This document shows positions 1 through 13,957 of a stretch of DNA of 64,000 bases, piece after piece (within the stretch, counting starts at the first letter, position 1; each line of letters opens with the position of its first letter). The position numbers and the translations under genes were made by a program. This stretch comes from Octopus sinensis. Its lineage: Eukaryota. The notes under the pieces are model-generated. The model made no database searches. It saw only the letters and a program-made list of their open reading frames with translations, and was not told the origin of the DNA. The DNA is taken from positions 190,154,001-190,218,000 of the forward strand of contig NC_042998.1 in assembly GCF_006345805.1 (NCBI RefSeq), in the 5' to 3' direction.

Positions 1-220
1 GTGTGTGTACTGTGTGTGTCTTTGTATTTGTCCCCACCACCGTTTGACAACCGGTGTTGGTGTGTTTACGTCCTTGTAATATTAGTGATTCGGCAAAAGA
101 GAGCGATAGAATAAGTACCAGGCTTCAAAACTGAGTACTGAGGTCGATTAGTTCGACTAAAGTTGTTCATAGCGATACCCCAGCACGGCCGCGGGTTAAT
201 GACAGAAACAAGTAAAAGAT
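1..220 (+). mobile_element. SINE family A, 3' half (5' part outside window)
   Basis: Matches the 3' half of the full copies at 24539-24945 and 32243-32662 (tttgtcccc..ttgacaacc..gatagaataagtac..gtcgat..gaaacaagtaaaaga), diverged. Confidence 0.85.
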
Positions 221-240
221 GTGTATTGTGTGTGTGTGTG

Positions 241-303
<63 letters not shown>

Positions 304-665
304 GTATATATATTATCAGAAGCTTAAAATATAAACATTAATGAGAAAAGCAAATTATAATACCTTACACTTCTATCTGCAATTATATTTGTCAGTCACG
401 AAATATGACTCTAAGATGTCTACAGTTTGCTTTTAAAAAAAGATAGAGCTGATTATTTAAGATGTAACAACATATAATACGAGTAATGCTTTTGAAACAG
501 AAACCAGCAAGCATCTATGAACAGTTTTATTGAACAGAACGACACGTGGATAATAGGAAAACTTTCTACAGGAAAATACCTTCTGTATTTGACGGATTAT
601 AAGGCTCGCAAGCTAATAAAACGCACCTCCGTTTTAGTCGGTCCTTTCTTGAACCATTACTTACC

Positions 666-899
666 TATTTCTTTACTACCCACAAGGGCCTAAACACAGA
701 GAGGACAAACAAGGACAGACAAACGGATTAAGTCGATTACATCGAGTCCAGTTGGAAACTGGTACTTATTTAATCGACCCCGAAAGGATGAAAGGCAAAG
801 TCGACCTCGGTGGAATTTGAACTCAGAACGTAACGGCACACGAAATACCGCTAAGCATTTCGCCCGGCGTGCTAACGATTCTGCCAGCTCGCCGCCTTA
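666..899 (-). mobile_element. SINE family B (tRNA-like head + Nin-like domain), full length
   Basis: Minus strand reads ggcggcgagctggcagaatcgttagc (A box)..ctgagttcaaattcc (B box)..gcctttcatcctttcggggtcgat..taagtaccag (Nin/Deu-like)..aaagaaata; at least 10 copies in the window. Confidence 0.9.
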
Positions 900-1839
900 C
901 TTACCAGTAGCTTAAAGCCTGTCGTTGTGATTATTTTTTTTTAGGGATGTGCCTAATTGTCTCTTGTTATATTATCTGGTTATCCAAGCCGTGGAGTGGC
1001 AGAAAGGATACCGTACAGTACTTAGTTTCGATTTCCTCCATTTTGTGTGTAATTCACACCAATGTCAGATTAACTCTTTATGTCTCCGCAATCGAAAATG
1101 AAAAATGAACGTCAAGCATCAAATGGGGTTGATTCAATCTTGTCTAGCCATTCACTGCAAATTTTGTTTTTGTGTCGATGTTAAAAATTTTTATATCTTG
1201 TAATTTTCCTCGACTAAAATGACTGAAAATTTCAATCACTTGGATGGGTACGCCGACTCTGTTTCAAGAACATTGAGGTTTATTATCCTGATTCAAGAGA
1301 CTGCATGTATTAAATTGTGAACTACTTAACAAGACATGCAACTTCTTAATGATATTAACTTTGATTATAATTCTTGAATTCCATCTTCACTAATTCTTTA
1401 ACGTTCGTTCGACTAGTGACAGCAGAAAATGAAGAAGAGATTAAGACTAATAATTTGTAATCAAAAAAGCATTTTTTTTTTCGACCATGACAAATCTCAT
1501 TAGCACACTTTAAAGAACTAATATATGAACGCCAGTCTTATATGATTTATCTTAATCTCAGGCTCCTAAAATGCTGAGTGAATCACTAAAAATTATTTTG
1601 TCCTCTCGAAAGGGTATTATCGAAATAATCTAAATAAAAATAAAGTGGTTTGAATCACAATAATTTTAGCATAATTAGAATTTATTTATTTTTTAATCAC
1701 TGTCTGTCAGTAGATTGCAAGCCAGTGGTTTGAAACGAAAGCCTCAATAAATATGAACAATACAGTTAAATGTATTGATTGGATAAAGAATGATTTAGAA
1801 GCAGGTGATCAAAGGAATACACACTATGTATGTATATAT

Positions 1840-1920
<81 letters not shown>

Positions 1921-1967
1921 CATATACATATACATAAACGTACATTTATTATTATTATTATCATCAC

Positions 1968-2015
<48 letters not shown>

Positions 2016-3650
2016 TATCATCATCATCATCATCATAATTATGATTATTATTAAATTTGTTTCCAATTTTAAATTTTCACAATCAATTTTATTTTTATTC
2101 GAATCATTACCTTAATCAGAGTAAAACGTGTTCACTTGTCTCCATTTAGAAGACATCTTTAAATCGCGGCCATTAATGCAAATACTATCTAGAAGGAGAA
2201 GTTTTAGTCATCAAGAAATTAATGTTGCTTTGAAAACAATCACCAAATAAACTCTACATCAACCAAGTGTAACTTTAGCAAGTCAGTATTAATCTAAAGT
2301 TTATTATTCTTTAGCATTTCTTTGTGGTGACATACAAATGCGAAATGCATCTGACATGTAATAATGTTTATGTAAATTGAATAATCAACATTTGAGTTAC
2401 CAAAGACGAAATAAATTCGAAAATGCCGGATTTTTCAAGAAATCAAAAGCGTAGTTATAATATATAGAACGAAAACTAGTGCAGAGAAATTGTACTTACG
2501 AATATTTGCAGTAGAGGTTACGTAGCTCCACGTTGGTTTTGATTGAGCCTGAAAGTTACAGGAACGAAGCAAAATACTGCAAAACATTAATGTTGCTGAA
2601 CACCAACTTTCCATCCGTGACTGTTTCTACTTTTATGGTTATTGTAATTGTAGAATTACATTTTCCCAGTATGTCTTTCCCTTATTTAAGATGATAGAGT
2701 ATAATTTTTGAGAATTCGACTATTATTCTTAACAAGCTAAGCGATCCCATAGAGAATAGTTTTAGTATAATGCTTTAGTTCTTCTGGATGCTTTTACAAG
2801 TTCACATCTAGATTTCTCCAGATACACCTTTTACTCATATTTTTCCCCGAATTACTTCCGTAACAAAGCATAAACCATGAAGCTTCTGTTTGGTTGCTTA
2901 TAAGTCTGTTCGATCAAAACTGATCTGAAGATAAACAAGAAAAGCAATTTTGACAGTAGCCAATCTTTGTCGAAATTATTGACTTAATTTCTCTTTTAGA
3001 ATGATTATAAAGATTTCAGAAATGTTTCTTTTACATCTTTTGTCAATCATTACGAAATTAAGTTTGTGATTTCCACTTCTCAGGTCCAAAATATTATTCA
3101 TTATTTTATAACTTACTTTTATCTGTTTGGTCTTACAGTAATTTTTACTTAAAGTAATTTTTACTATGTGTGGCAGGGGTCATTTTCAGTCTAAATAAAT
3201 ATGCTCTTTCTTATCTTTCTAGAGTTATTTACTATTTCGACTAAATCTAATACTATTATGGCTAGCATAAATTATCTCGCTTTGTTTATTAGTAATTCCT
3301 TAACGAGTTTATAGTTTGTGATGTCGATGTCTTTTTACATTTGTTTTTTTTTTTTTCTGATTGCATTATTTGCTATCGCCCATTTTCTTCTTCTCATATA
3401 TCAATTTCTCTCTTCTAAGTTTTTGTGTGTGTGTGTGTGTGTGTGTGTTTTTAGCTTTTTCATATTTCTGCAAACTGCAAACTGGACCACGAATAGAACA
3501 GAACAATGAGTGTAATATCGTAACAAGAAACAGGAATATAATTAATGGAGAAATAGTTTTAAAAAAATAAGTGGAATTATTCACAAATTATACCCATTCC
3601 CAGAAGAGAGAAACAGTGCAATTGTGAACATATCTGTGTGTGTGCATGTA

Positions 3651-3711
<61 letters not shown>

Positions 3712-3749
3712 TATATATATATATATGCACGCACACACACATATACATA

Positions 3750-3785
<36 letters not shown>

Positions 3786-3905
3786 TGTATGTATATACAT
3801 GAAGATATGTATTTATATAGTTTAAGTTCCGTTTAGGCAAGATCAACAAAAAGTAAGCCATCCAGTGAGAGATAAATATCGTTAAATATACACTGTATTA
3901 ACATA

Positions 3906-3994
3906 AGAGCTACTCGTAGTTTCTTGCCATTAAGGCACCGTGTTAGGTAGGTTTTTATACTGTGTCTTGTGTTTCAAAGCAATCTTCGGCCTCT
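3906..3994 (-). ncRNA. Degenerate type I hammerhead ribozyme motif
   Basis: agagg-CCGAAGA-ttgc..gcaa-GAAAC-tacga-GTA-gctct; U4->C in the core and one stem I mismatch. Confidence 0.4.
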
Positions 3995-4436
3995 GACACA
4001 TGTTTTGTACTATTTGAATACCAGAACACTGGCACACGATAAACTACGAGAAAAAACGAGAATGTTGATGCAAAATGTAGAATGGGAAGACAAAGGACGA
4101 ATAAAAACGGGAAAAGAAAGGAAAGAAAAGAAAGAAAATTAGAGTTATGTCCCCTTTCACCGTAGTAGTCATAATTAATCTAGTTATATTCTAGTTTTAG
4201 AATAATTCAACGGAGAGGTGTCAAAAGTCTGCAAGAGAGCCACTCAATCCAGTGAAGGTGATATCCTCGGTTTCGATTTCAACAAATGAAATGTTCCCAT
4301 ATACTTGCATTTGCTGAAAATTTTCAGATCTAGAATTAAATAGAGTGGTGGAATTCTTGGATTTAAAAAAGAATGTGCGATCTTTCAGCTACACATAGTT
4401 TGTTTCTTAGATCCATTTACGTATCGCATTGATTCA

Positions 4437-6760
4437 TTTTTCAATATAGAACACTTTTCAATCCCAAATTCCATAGATACACCATTTGAGAAAATGCGAA
4501 CTGTACGTACAAGACTTTCAAGCTGCTTCTCATTTTCGCACAAACCTTTATGTCATCCATAAAAAGGAGATGATTTATTTGACCACATCCTTTTCCCAAA
4601 CCATAAGCTATTTTAACTTCTCGTAATATCAAACTGAGTGGTATCATGGCAATACAAATAGTAATGGCGATAAGCTATCGCTTTGAAAAACCACGTCTGA
4701 TCACTTTCCCAGGTTTTGTTTTCTCCAATCAATTCAGTATTCCAATGTTTCATACTTTCGTTAACCATTTTCTCCATATTTTCTGCCACTCCAAACAAGA
4801 TCAATGTTTTACTTATCCAACTGAGCAGTACCATGTCATATAGTGGAGGCGCAATGGCCCAGTGGTTAGGGCAGCGGACTCGCGGTCATAGGATCGCGAT
4901 TTCGATTCCCAGACCGGGCGTTGTGAGTGTTTATTGAGCGAAAACACCTAAAAGCTCCACGAGGCTCCGGCAGGGGATGGTGGTGATCCCTGCTGTACTC
5001 TTTCACCACAACTTTCTCTCACTCTTACTTCCTGTTTCTGTTGTACCTGTATTTCAAAGGGCCGGCCTTGTCACTCTCTGTGTCACGCTGAATATCCCTG
5101 AGAACTACGTTAAGGGTGTACGTGTCTGTGGAGTGCTCAGCCACTTACACGTTAATTTCACGAGCAGGCTGTTCCGTTGATTCGGATCAACCGGAACCCT
5201 CGTCGTCGTAACCGACGGAGTGCTTCCATCCACCATGTCATATGCTTTCCTATAATCCAACCACGCTATATTAAACACCAATCTACGTCTACAATATCTA
5301 ATTATCATTTTATCAGCTAATAAATGGTATTTTGTTGCTCTATATTGTTTTCTGTGTCCTTTCTGTATTCTACCTAGAAGTAGAATGTTACTTTCCAAAT
5401 GATTATATAATTTTTTCGCTAAGCTACCACATAAGTGGTAAACAGGTTATAGGTCGAAAATTTGATACGAATTTGCCTTAAAGAGGTCCTTGAGACATAA
5501 AAACATTTTCCCACTTCTCATGCATTCATCCAGGTGTGCAGCGATGCTTTCATGTAACAGTGTAAAATTCTTCAGCTAATAACCTTGTACTCCAACCGGG
5601 CCAGATCCTTTCCAATTCGGTATTTTTTGACTTCAGTCTCACTGAATACAAATCAATTCTAACATCCTTTTGTCTTGATACACTTCCAAGTTGTCTCTCC
5701 ACCTGTATTAGCCACTTTGCACTTTCTTTTGTTCCAATATTTTTCCAAAAAGACTTTACTTCTTCCGCAACAGGAATCACTTCTTGATGTTATTCCCCCT
5801 CTATTTTCTCAAAGAGATGTTTTGTGTTTGATTGAAACAACCTATCTCTTCAAAACCTTTGCATCTAGCATCATATCTCTCCAATTTGTCCTTTAGGGCT
5901 GTCACTTTTGTGACAATTCTTCATATTCAGTTTGCTTTTCCCTTTCTTCTAACCTATACTGTCCATTAAATTTTCTGATTACTATCTCATTCTTGAGTTC
6001 TCTCATTATACTATTCAATTGCTCCAGTTTTTTCGTGTCTTTTCCAACTTCTTTCGTATTTTCTTTCTCCAGTTTGGATCTTTCTTTTCATACCCCTTCT
6101 TTTCTTCGACAATCTTTCACTTGTGTCCTGTCCTGTCAGCTACAACATTTGCAGCAGTTATGATTAGCTGGTTTGTTTCACTAATATTTTCTGTTTTAAC
6201 CTAGCTCCAAACACCAATTATTTTGCCTGCAGCTCTCCTTACTTTTCCTCTGTTCATATACCTTACATTTGGTTCATAAACCTTCATTATTCACACCACA
6301 CATTTTCCCTCGCAGCATTTCTAGAATCTCTTCCTCTTCATCGTTCAAGTCTTGTGCAACATTTACTCTCACTTGTCCAGCTAGATCATCTTCACTATTT
6401 ACTTCATCAGTATTCTCAAGCACAAAGTAATTTCCTTACTTTACATTTTCTGTATCCCTTATTCTTTCATTGCCCATTTATGCTACTGTTGTTTCACATA
6501 TTTCCTGTTCATTTTTTAATTCTTCTCTGAAGTTTCTCAATCTCTAATCCTGTACTCCAGTCATTTATACAAATTGTCTATCAAACGTTTGGCGCAAGCT
6601 TCAAAGACTCTTTTCATCGCAAATTCACTTCATTTGTTTCATGACACTTTTTTTTAGTTGGGTTACCTCTCAGCCAACATTTAATCACGATCTTGTTTAC
6701 ATCTTTTTTTTTTCCATTTTATTGTCATCCCTCTGCACTTTTGACTTCGATTCTGGTCCT
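4437..6760 (-). mobile_element. Decayed R4/Dong-clade LINE (N-terminal region to RT), interrupted by a SINE
   Basis: Frameshifted minus-strand translations include NKIVIKCWLRGNP, FRPITCLPLMW, AWLDYRKAYDM and INHLLFMDDIK (RT YxDD motif). Confidence 0.85.
4842..5231 (+). mobile_element. SINE family C (tRNA-Arg-like head, tail X) with 12-bp TSD
   Basis: Head ggaggcgcaatggcccagtggttagggc..ttcgattccc; flanked by accatgtcatat at 4830-4841 and 5232-5243. Confidence 0.92.
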
Positions 6761-7439
6761 GGTCAATGACTTAATGACGACCTGCCGAAGCTTATTCAGA
6801 GGCTCCATGCCTGCCGTGAGCGACCCTTACATCTAACGGTTACGGTCACGTTAACACAGTTATGATTATTATTTGAATTTAACATCACACACTTTGAGGC
6901 AGCATTTGTAAGATTATGCAATCACTAGTATTTTTAATCGTGGGTTGCCTACGAAGGCTCAGAGAATCCACACCTACACTCGTATACACTGTTGGCGGGC
7001 TTCCTTGAGTTCATCCGTCCTTTGACGAGCCATGTTTTTCCTGCAGTTTGTCCTAATATCAACCTCCTCATCAACCACGCTCGGTGGATATGCCGGTTTA
7101 GTCGCAGACGACCTGATCATTAGTATGCTTCTTTTAAACCAAATTATAGCAAACATTCACCAACACCGGAAGCTTGCTAAACGGTTCCTCCAAACCAACA
7201 CAATAAGACAAGTACAATATACAACGAGATCTTCCTCCTCATCATTTCTCAACATCACTGCTTGGTCTGACACATTATCATCATTATTACTTCTAATGTT
7301 TCCAGCCATAACAGTTGTATCCACATCCAGTTCTGTTTAGCATGTCAGATAAGGGTGTCAGTGCCAAGCAGAAAAGGAGTGGAGAGAGCGTGTCTCCCTG
7401 GAATATTCCTCTTCTAATGGAGAAGGCTTTAGTTTTTAT

Positions 7440-8112
7440 GAGTCCCTCTTTTGTCTAGAGCTGTAGCACTGTCTGCCATTTATTCATGGAATGTTTTATA
7501 TATCTAATGAGTATTGCTACTACCTTGTTCATGGCTAGTGCTTCTAGGATCCATGTGTGGGGAGTACTATTAAAAGCCTTTCGGTAATCGATCCAGGGCA
7601 TACTTAGACCCTTCTTTCTGCGGCTGTCTTCAGTTATGGCTTTATTGATCATTAGTTGATCTTTACAGCTGTATGAATCCTTGCAGCAGCGCTTCTGCTC
7701 TTCTGGAAACAGGTTGTTTTCTTCCAAATGTTTGCTCATTCTCAGCGATATTGTTGCATTAAAGCCTTTGTAAATTCTAGGGAGACAAGTCTGTAATTTT
7801 GTGGATTTACCATTCCAGTGGATTTGGGAATTATGATAGTTTTTCCTTCCGTGAGCCATTCAGACATTGTCTCTAGCTTTGCTAGTTAGGTATTTCAACC
7901 AGAAATTGTGGATTTTGTCGTGCCCGGGTGCTTTCCAATTACTTAGTTTTTGCAGTGCATAGATGACCTCTTCAGTAGTTATAGGGGTCCAGAGTTGTTT
8001 TGGTGCTGTGTTCGTTGCTGTGATAGATCTTTTCTGAGGTTGTTCCTTCGCCGACTATATTTCTTTCCAAACTTTTTCCACTTCTGCTGTTGGTGATGCA
8101 TTGATCTTTATT
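7440..8112 (-). mobile_element. R4/Dong LINE RT fragment (second family)
   Basis: ORF 7455-7859: EEQKRCCKDSYSCKDQLMINKAI..WIDYRKAFNSTPHTWI; upstream region encodes NWKAPGHDKIHNFWLK. Confidence 0.88.
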
Positions 8113-8116
8113 TTAT

Positions 8117-8370
8117 TTTAAGGATGTTGAACGAAACACCCATGTTTCCAGAGGTGAATTATTCAAACCCCAAAGAATCACTCTCAACACATGGCTATGA
8201 AGCTCCTTCACTACTTCTGCTCGTGATCTGAGATGCACATATCGTCAGCCACTAAGGGTCATGCTCCACTGGTTAAGGTCAAACAACTGACAAGCAAATC
8301 TGTGGTATTGAGCAGAGCATTTGCTGTAGCCCATCTTTTATACCAAGACAAAACAATGTATATGATAACA
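8117..8370 (-). mobile_element. Family E non-coding element, internal fragment
   Basis: Near-identical to 8707-8904 and to part of 15376-15935. Confidence 0.8.
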
Positions 8371-8428
8371 TATATATACACACACACACACAAATACATG
8401 AACATATGCATTATTATTATTATTATTA

Positions 8429-9136
<708 letters not shown>

Positions 9137-9138
<2 letters not shown>

Positions 9139-9331
9139 ACGGCGAGCTGGCAGAATCGTTAGCACGCTGGATGAAATGCATCGCTACGTTCTGAGTTCAA
9201 ATTCCGCCGAAGCCGACTGTTCCTTTTCTTTTTCCGGGCGATAAATTAAGTACCAGTTGAGTACAGGGGTCAATGTAATCGACTCAACCCCTCGCCCCAA
9301 ATTTCAAGCCCTGTGCCTATTGTAGAAAGGA
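9137..9331 (+). mobile_element. SINE family B, older subfamily with a different tail
   Basis: ggcgagctggcagaatcgttagc..ctgagttcaaattccgcc..gataaattaagtaccag; tail ccccaaatttcaagccctgtgcctattgtagaaagg. Confidence 0.8.
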
Positions 9332-9367
9332 TTATTATTATTGTTGTTCTTCTTATTATTATTATTA

Positions 9368-9431
<64 letters not shown>

Positions 9432-9554
9432 CATCATCATTATCATTACTATTTATGTCCGTCCACATGCATCCATCAGTAAAATGTCAGACTTTCATGT
9501 TTCGTAGTGCGCTGAAATTTGATTTTAGCGGTTTCGAATCCGTCTTCGAGCCAT

Positions 9555-9750
9555 AGAGCGGTTGAGTCAATTATAGCATCCTGCCGATTCTCTGCACGGT
9601 AGTTTCGCATCCCGCCGAGGCCAATTTTACTGTTCATTCTTTCAGGGTCAGCAAAATAAAGTACCAGTCAAATGCTCGCGTCGATGTAATCGACTAACAC
9701 TCAGCTCGCAAAATTACTGGCCTTGTACCAACATTAGAAACAATTAATAA
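9555..9750 (+). mobile_element. Highly degenerate SINE family B copy
   Basis: cccgccgaggccaattttactgttcattctttcagggtc..aaagtaccag..gtcgatgtaatcgactaa. Confidence 0.6.
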
Positions 9751-9781
9751 GAATATATACATATATATATATATATTATAA

Positions 9782-9851
<70 letters not shown>

Positions 9852-10149
9852 ATATATCGATAAATTTACTTAGCCCACTTTAATTAGATTAGTTTCTTTC
9901 CTATTTGATTTTGATGTATTCCCAGGAATGGTATTGATTGATTCCTACGTCGTCTCTTTGGTTAACTAGCAGCACTCAGACTTGTCACATGCTGTCAGAA
10001 TATGACCATTCGCTTCACTGGTCTTACATCTGTTGTCAAAAAATGGTGACAAAAAGTGCTTTTGAACAAAAACAAAAACAAAAGAAGATAATAAAAAGAA
10101 AAAAATTAGAAATAAAAAAATAAAATCCAGAAATAAATAATCGTAAAAT

Positions 10150-10265
10150 AGAAGAAGAAGCAGAAGAAGAAGAAGAAGAAGAAGAAGAAGAAGAAGAAGA
10201 AAGAAGAAGAAGAAGAAGAAGAAGAAGAAGAAGAAAAAAAAAAAACAACAACAACAACAACAACA
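10150..10265. repeat. (GAA)n-(A)n-(AAC)n compound microsatellite
   Basis: Direct reading. Confidence 0.95.
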
Positions 10266-10701
10266 AGCGGAAAGAAGAAGAAACAAAATGGTGGTGGGTA
10301 CGGAGGTTGTATTATTTGAGAAGGCTTTATTCAAATTGCTCGTTTATAAGGAATGGAAGAGCCTGTTCTCACTTCGAAACGGCTAAGTTTGTGTGACCAA
10401 GCGGTTAGCATCTTGACGTCATTCCATTTTCTCGCACAGTTAAACAGCCAAGTGGAGCTGGATACTTGGCATCGAAGAATACTCGTCTATCTGTCGCTCG
10501 TTCATTCATGTGACAGAGGAATGAATAATGCGAAGCCGTCCCCTCTCCTACACATCCATATAAATCAATAAAGATATGATATGGGGGACGACAAAAGACG
10601 TACACACACACATATCATTCTGTATATTTGTGTGTATGTGTGTCTGAGTGTCGCTGAGTGTCGCTGTATGCATAATGTATATCGGAAAGAATATCTATAT
10701 C

Positions 10702-10786
<85 letters not shown>

Positions 10787-11105
10787 ATATATATATATAT
10801 ATACAATAAAAATGGTAAATAATTTTTCTGTGGTTTTTCATGTAACCAACAATTATTTACCGGTAAATTTCGGTATGTAAATACGACAAAATAATTGTCA
10901 AGACCTTTGTAAGGTTCAGTATATAGTAAAGAAAAATAAGTTGGCTAGCAGCAAACTGTTTCGCCTCATACCGAAGGAATTAGAAATGGCAGTCAAAGAC
11001 CGTTTTTTTCCATTTCTATAAGTGGAATTCCAAAAACGAAGGCCCTTGCGGCTCACATACACAAAACCGGAGTGGCAAATATACGAATTCAGTCACTTAC
11101 CGTTA

Positions 11106-11178
11106 ATAGCGAACACGGTGTTTCTGGATCACAAACATATAAAAGAAAGGGGAGTTTGAATTCCGTCATCAGCGCTAT
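11106..11178 (-). ncRNA. Type I hammerhead ribozyme motif (Penelope-like)
   Basis: atagcg-CTGATGA-cggaattcaaac..gtttgtgatcca-GAA-acaccgtgt-T-cgctat; 6-bp stem I, near-palindromic stem III. Confidence 0.6.
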
Positions 11179-11240
11179 ATTCGATAGCTTTATCAAAAGC
11201 CACCAGCCCCCACTTCTGACCCAGCGACATCAGATAGTGG

Positions 11241-11274
<34 letters not shown>

Positions 11275-11525
11275 TATAATATATATATGTATATATGTAT
11301 GTATGTATGTGTGTATGTGTGTGTGCGTGTGTGTGTTAAGTGTATACATACATATATATATACATATATATATATACGTATATATACATATATATATGTA
11401 TATAATTATATATAGTATATGTATATAATATATGTATATTATATATATATATAATATATATATATGTATATATGTATATATATATATATATTATGTATAT
11501 ATATACATTATATATATATATATAT

Positions 11526-11578
<53 letters not shown>

Positions 11579-11687
11579 CACATGAATTATAAGAATTTTA
11601 ATATACTATATTATGCATATACATATAATATACCATGCTATTGACACACACACATAACATATTTAAAATCAGGACATTTTCATATAT

Positions 11688-12189
11688 ATAGAGTCCGCCA
11701 AAAAAATATACACACTTTAGAGAGAGAAAATGGTGTAGAAATATTTTGAATTTAAATTTATTCAGACATTACGGGATTGATACAAGTTACCTTTAACTTT
11801 TGTTTCCTTCGGTGTGGAGAGGATGCTTTTTCAATGTGATTGACTGTAAAAAAAAAATTATTTTAAAGAAAAATATACCGTAATTTTTACTGTTGGTATG
11901 GTGTTATACTGAAAATGTTTGGTTGTACTCGACCAATTGTTGATGTATGAAATAGTCATTAGGCATTATTTTGAAACTTAGAAAAAAACTGGAAAATTTT
12001 TTATGACTTCATACTATTGTGAACAACTGTGACAAAATGGCAAAAATGTCGTCGTTTAAGGAACTTAAGATCATTTTAAAGTGGTATTTCAAATTTGAGA
12101 ATGTTTTTGAAGTTCAAAGGCAATGGATGCGTGAGTCCGGAACACAACTTCGAACATGCCAGACAATTTCACGGATTCGTGATGAGTGA
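11688..12189 (+). mobile_element. Tc1/mariner 5' fragment with transposase N-terminus
   Basis: 12037-12189 translates MAKMSSFKELKIILKWYFKFENVFEVQRQWMRESGTQLRTCQTISRIRDE, resembling a helix-turn-helix/DUF4817-type transposase N-terminus; TIR-like start gagtccgccaaaaaaatatacacacttta. Confidence 0.65.
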
Positions 12190-12790
12190 ACAATATAATG
12201 TCTTACCTCTACTGGGTCAGAACAAGTAAATTCTCGTCAACTTGCTACCGGTTTTCATTGATATTTTTTCCTATCATGTCTCTAATAGATTTGTGATGAT
12301 ATAGGTATTCATGTAGTACACTTGTATATATATGTACATATCTAATATTTATGTATATATTTTATTAATTTGCCTCTACGGCTGATAATTTCCTTGCCAC
12401 TCGTGATGTTATTTTAATAATACCATCCCTATATTTATTTATAATTTTACTCATTTCATTTGTTCCTATTGTGCTTGGTCACTTCAAATTAAATTTTGCA
12501 GGCATGATGGGGGAGAATGTTAGTAGTCATACTTTGGCTGATGAGAAATCAGACACCTATTTGGCGCTAAATTTCGAAACCGGTACCAAGTTGACCAGCA
12601 TTTATTTGTTCTAACACAGTAGAGGTAAGACATTATTATTGTTCACTGGTATTTTTTCGTATCACGTCTGTAATAGATTTGTGACTATTCGGTTGTACAG
12701 AAGTATTTTTTTACTTTTATTTTTAGCAATATAGGTACTCATGTAGTACCCTGGTGTATATATGTACATATCTAATATTGTATGTGTATA
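12190..12790. repeat. Local duplication with one ~65-bp segment inverted (Penelope pLTR-like)
   Basis: 12190-12255 is the reverse complement of 12577-12643; 12255-12360 is a direct repeat of 12643-12790. Confidence 0.75.
12531..12591 (+). ncRNA. Type I hammerhead ribozyme, intact core
   Basis: actttgg-CTGATGA-gaaat..atttc-GAA-accggt-A-ccaagt; G10.1-C11.1 pair, GUA cleavage triplet, palindromic stem III. Confidence 0.8.
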
Positions 12791-12794
12791 TCAT

Positions 12795-12839
<45 letters not shown>

Positions 12840-12855
12840 ATATATGTATATATAT

Positions 12856-12900
<45 letters not shown>

Positions 12901-12991
12901 ATATATATATATATATCCTACATATATGTATATAAGCATGCATACACGTATAGAGAGTTAGATCGATAGATAGATAGATAGACAGACAGAC

Positions 12992-13054
<63 letters not shown>

Positions 13055-13424
13055 TACACGCACACGTACTCCTGTCTCGATCATTGTGCAAACAACAGAA
13101 ACTTTGCAGACACAGAAATAGACACATCGATCTGTTAACAATAATATATACAAATATGAAAATATCAATAAGATATCAGTTGGCAATTTCTGCAGGTGTT
13201 TCATAATGGTAGAAATCGTTCCAATTAAGTAAAATTAAATTAAAATTTGCGATTTGAATATTTTCAGACAGCTATATAATAGTCGTAATGAGGGTGGCAA
13301 CACTCTTGAGAAATAAAACAACACTGCAAGCGACTTCAATGATTAAAGTTGTGCTTTCAAAATTGTTATCATAATTTTGATCAATTGCCGTAACCAGAAG
13401 AGATCTGTCGCGCACACACACACG

Positions 13425-13456
<32 letters not shown>

Positions 13457-13807
13457 TACACACACGCACACGCACACGCACACACACACACACACACATG
13501 CATACACGCACACAGACGCACACACACTCAGACATATACAAGCATGCACATGTATGCACTGATACATACACAGGGACAAGTGACTTTACACGCAAACACA
13601 CGCACACACACATACACAGTTATTGATAAACACTGTATATGCGTACATTCATGCACGTATATGTATGTATGCATGTATGTATGTATGTATTTGTATACAT
13701 GTATGTACGCATATACAAACATATATATACATTTATTATACATACACATATAATATACATGCATACATACAAATACACTCACACATAAACACGCATTCAC
13801 ACAAACA

Positions 13808-13841
<34 letters not shown>

Positions 13842-13919
13842 TGTATGTATGTATGTTTGCATATACATATATATATATTATATATATATTTATGTGTATA
13901 TATACATACACACACACAC

Positions 13920-13956
<37 letters not shown>

Positions 13957-13957
<1 letters not shown>

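Noticed and set aside
6970-7340. ORFs between the two Dong fragments
   Set aside because: No recognisable motif; could be unclassified TE relic.
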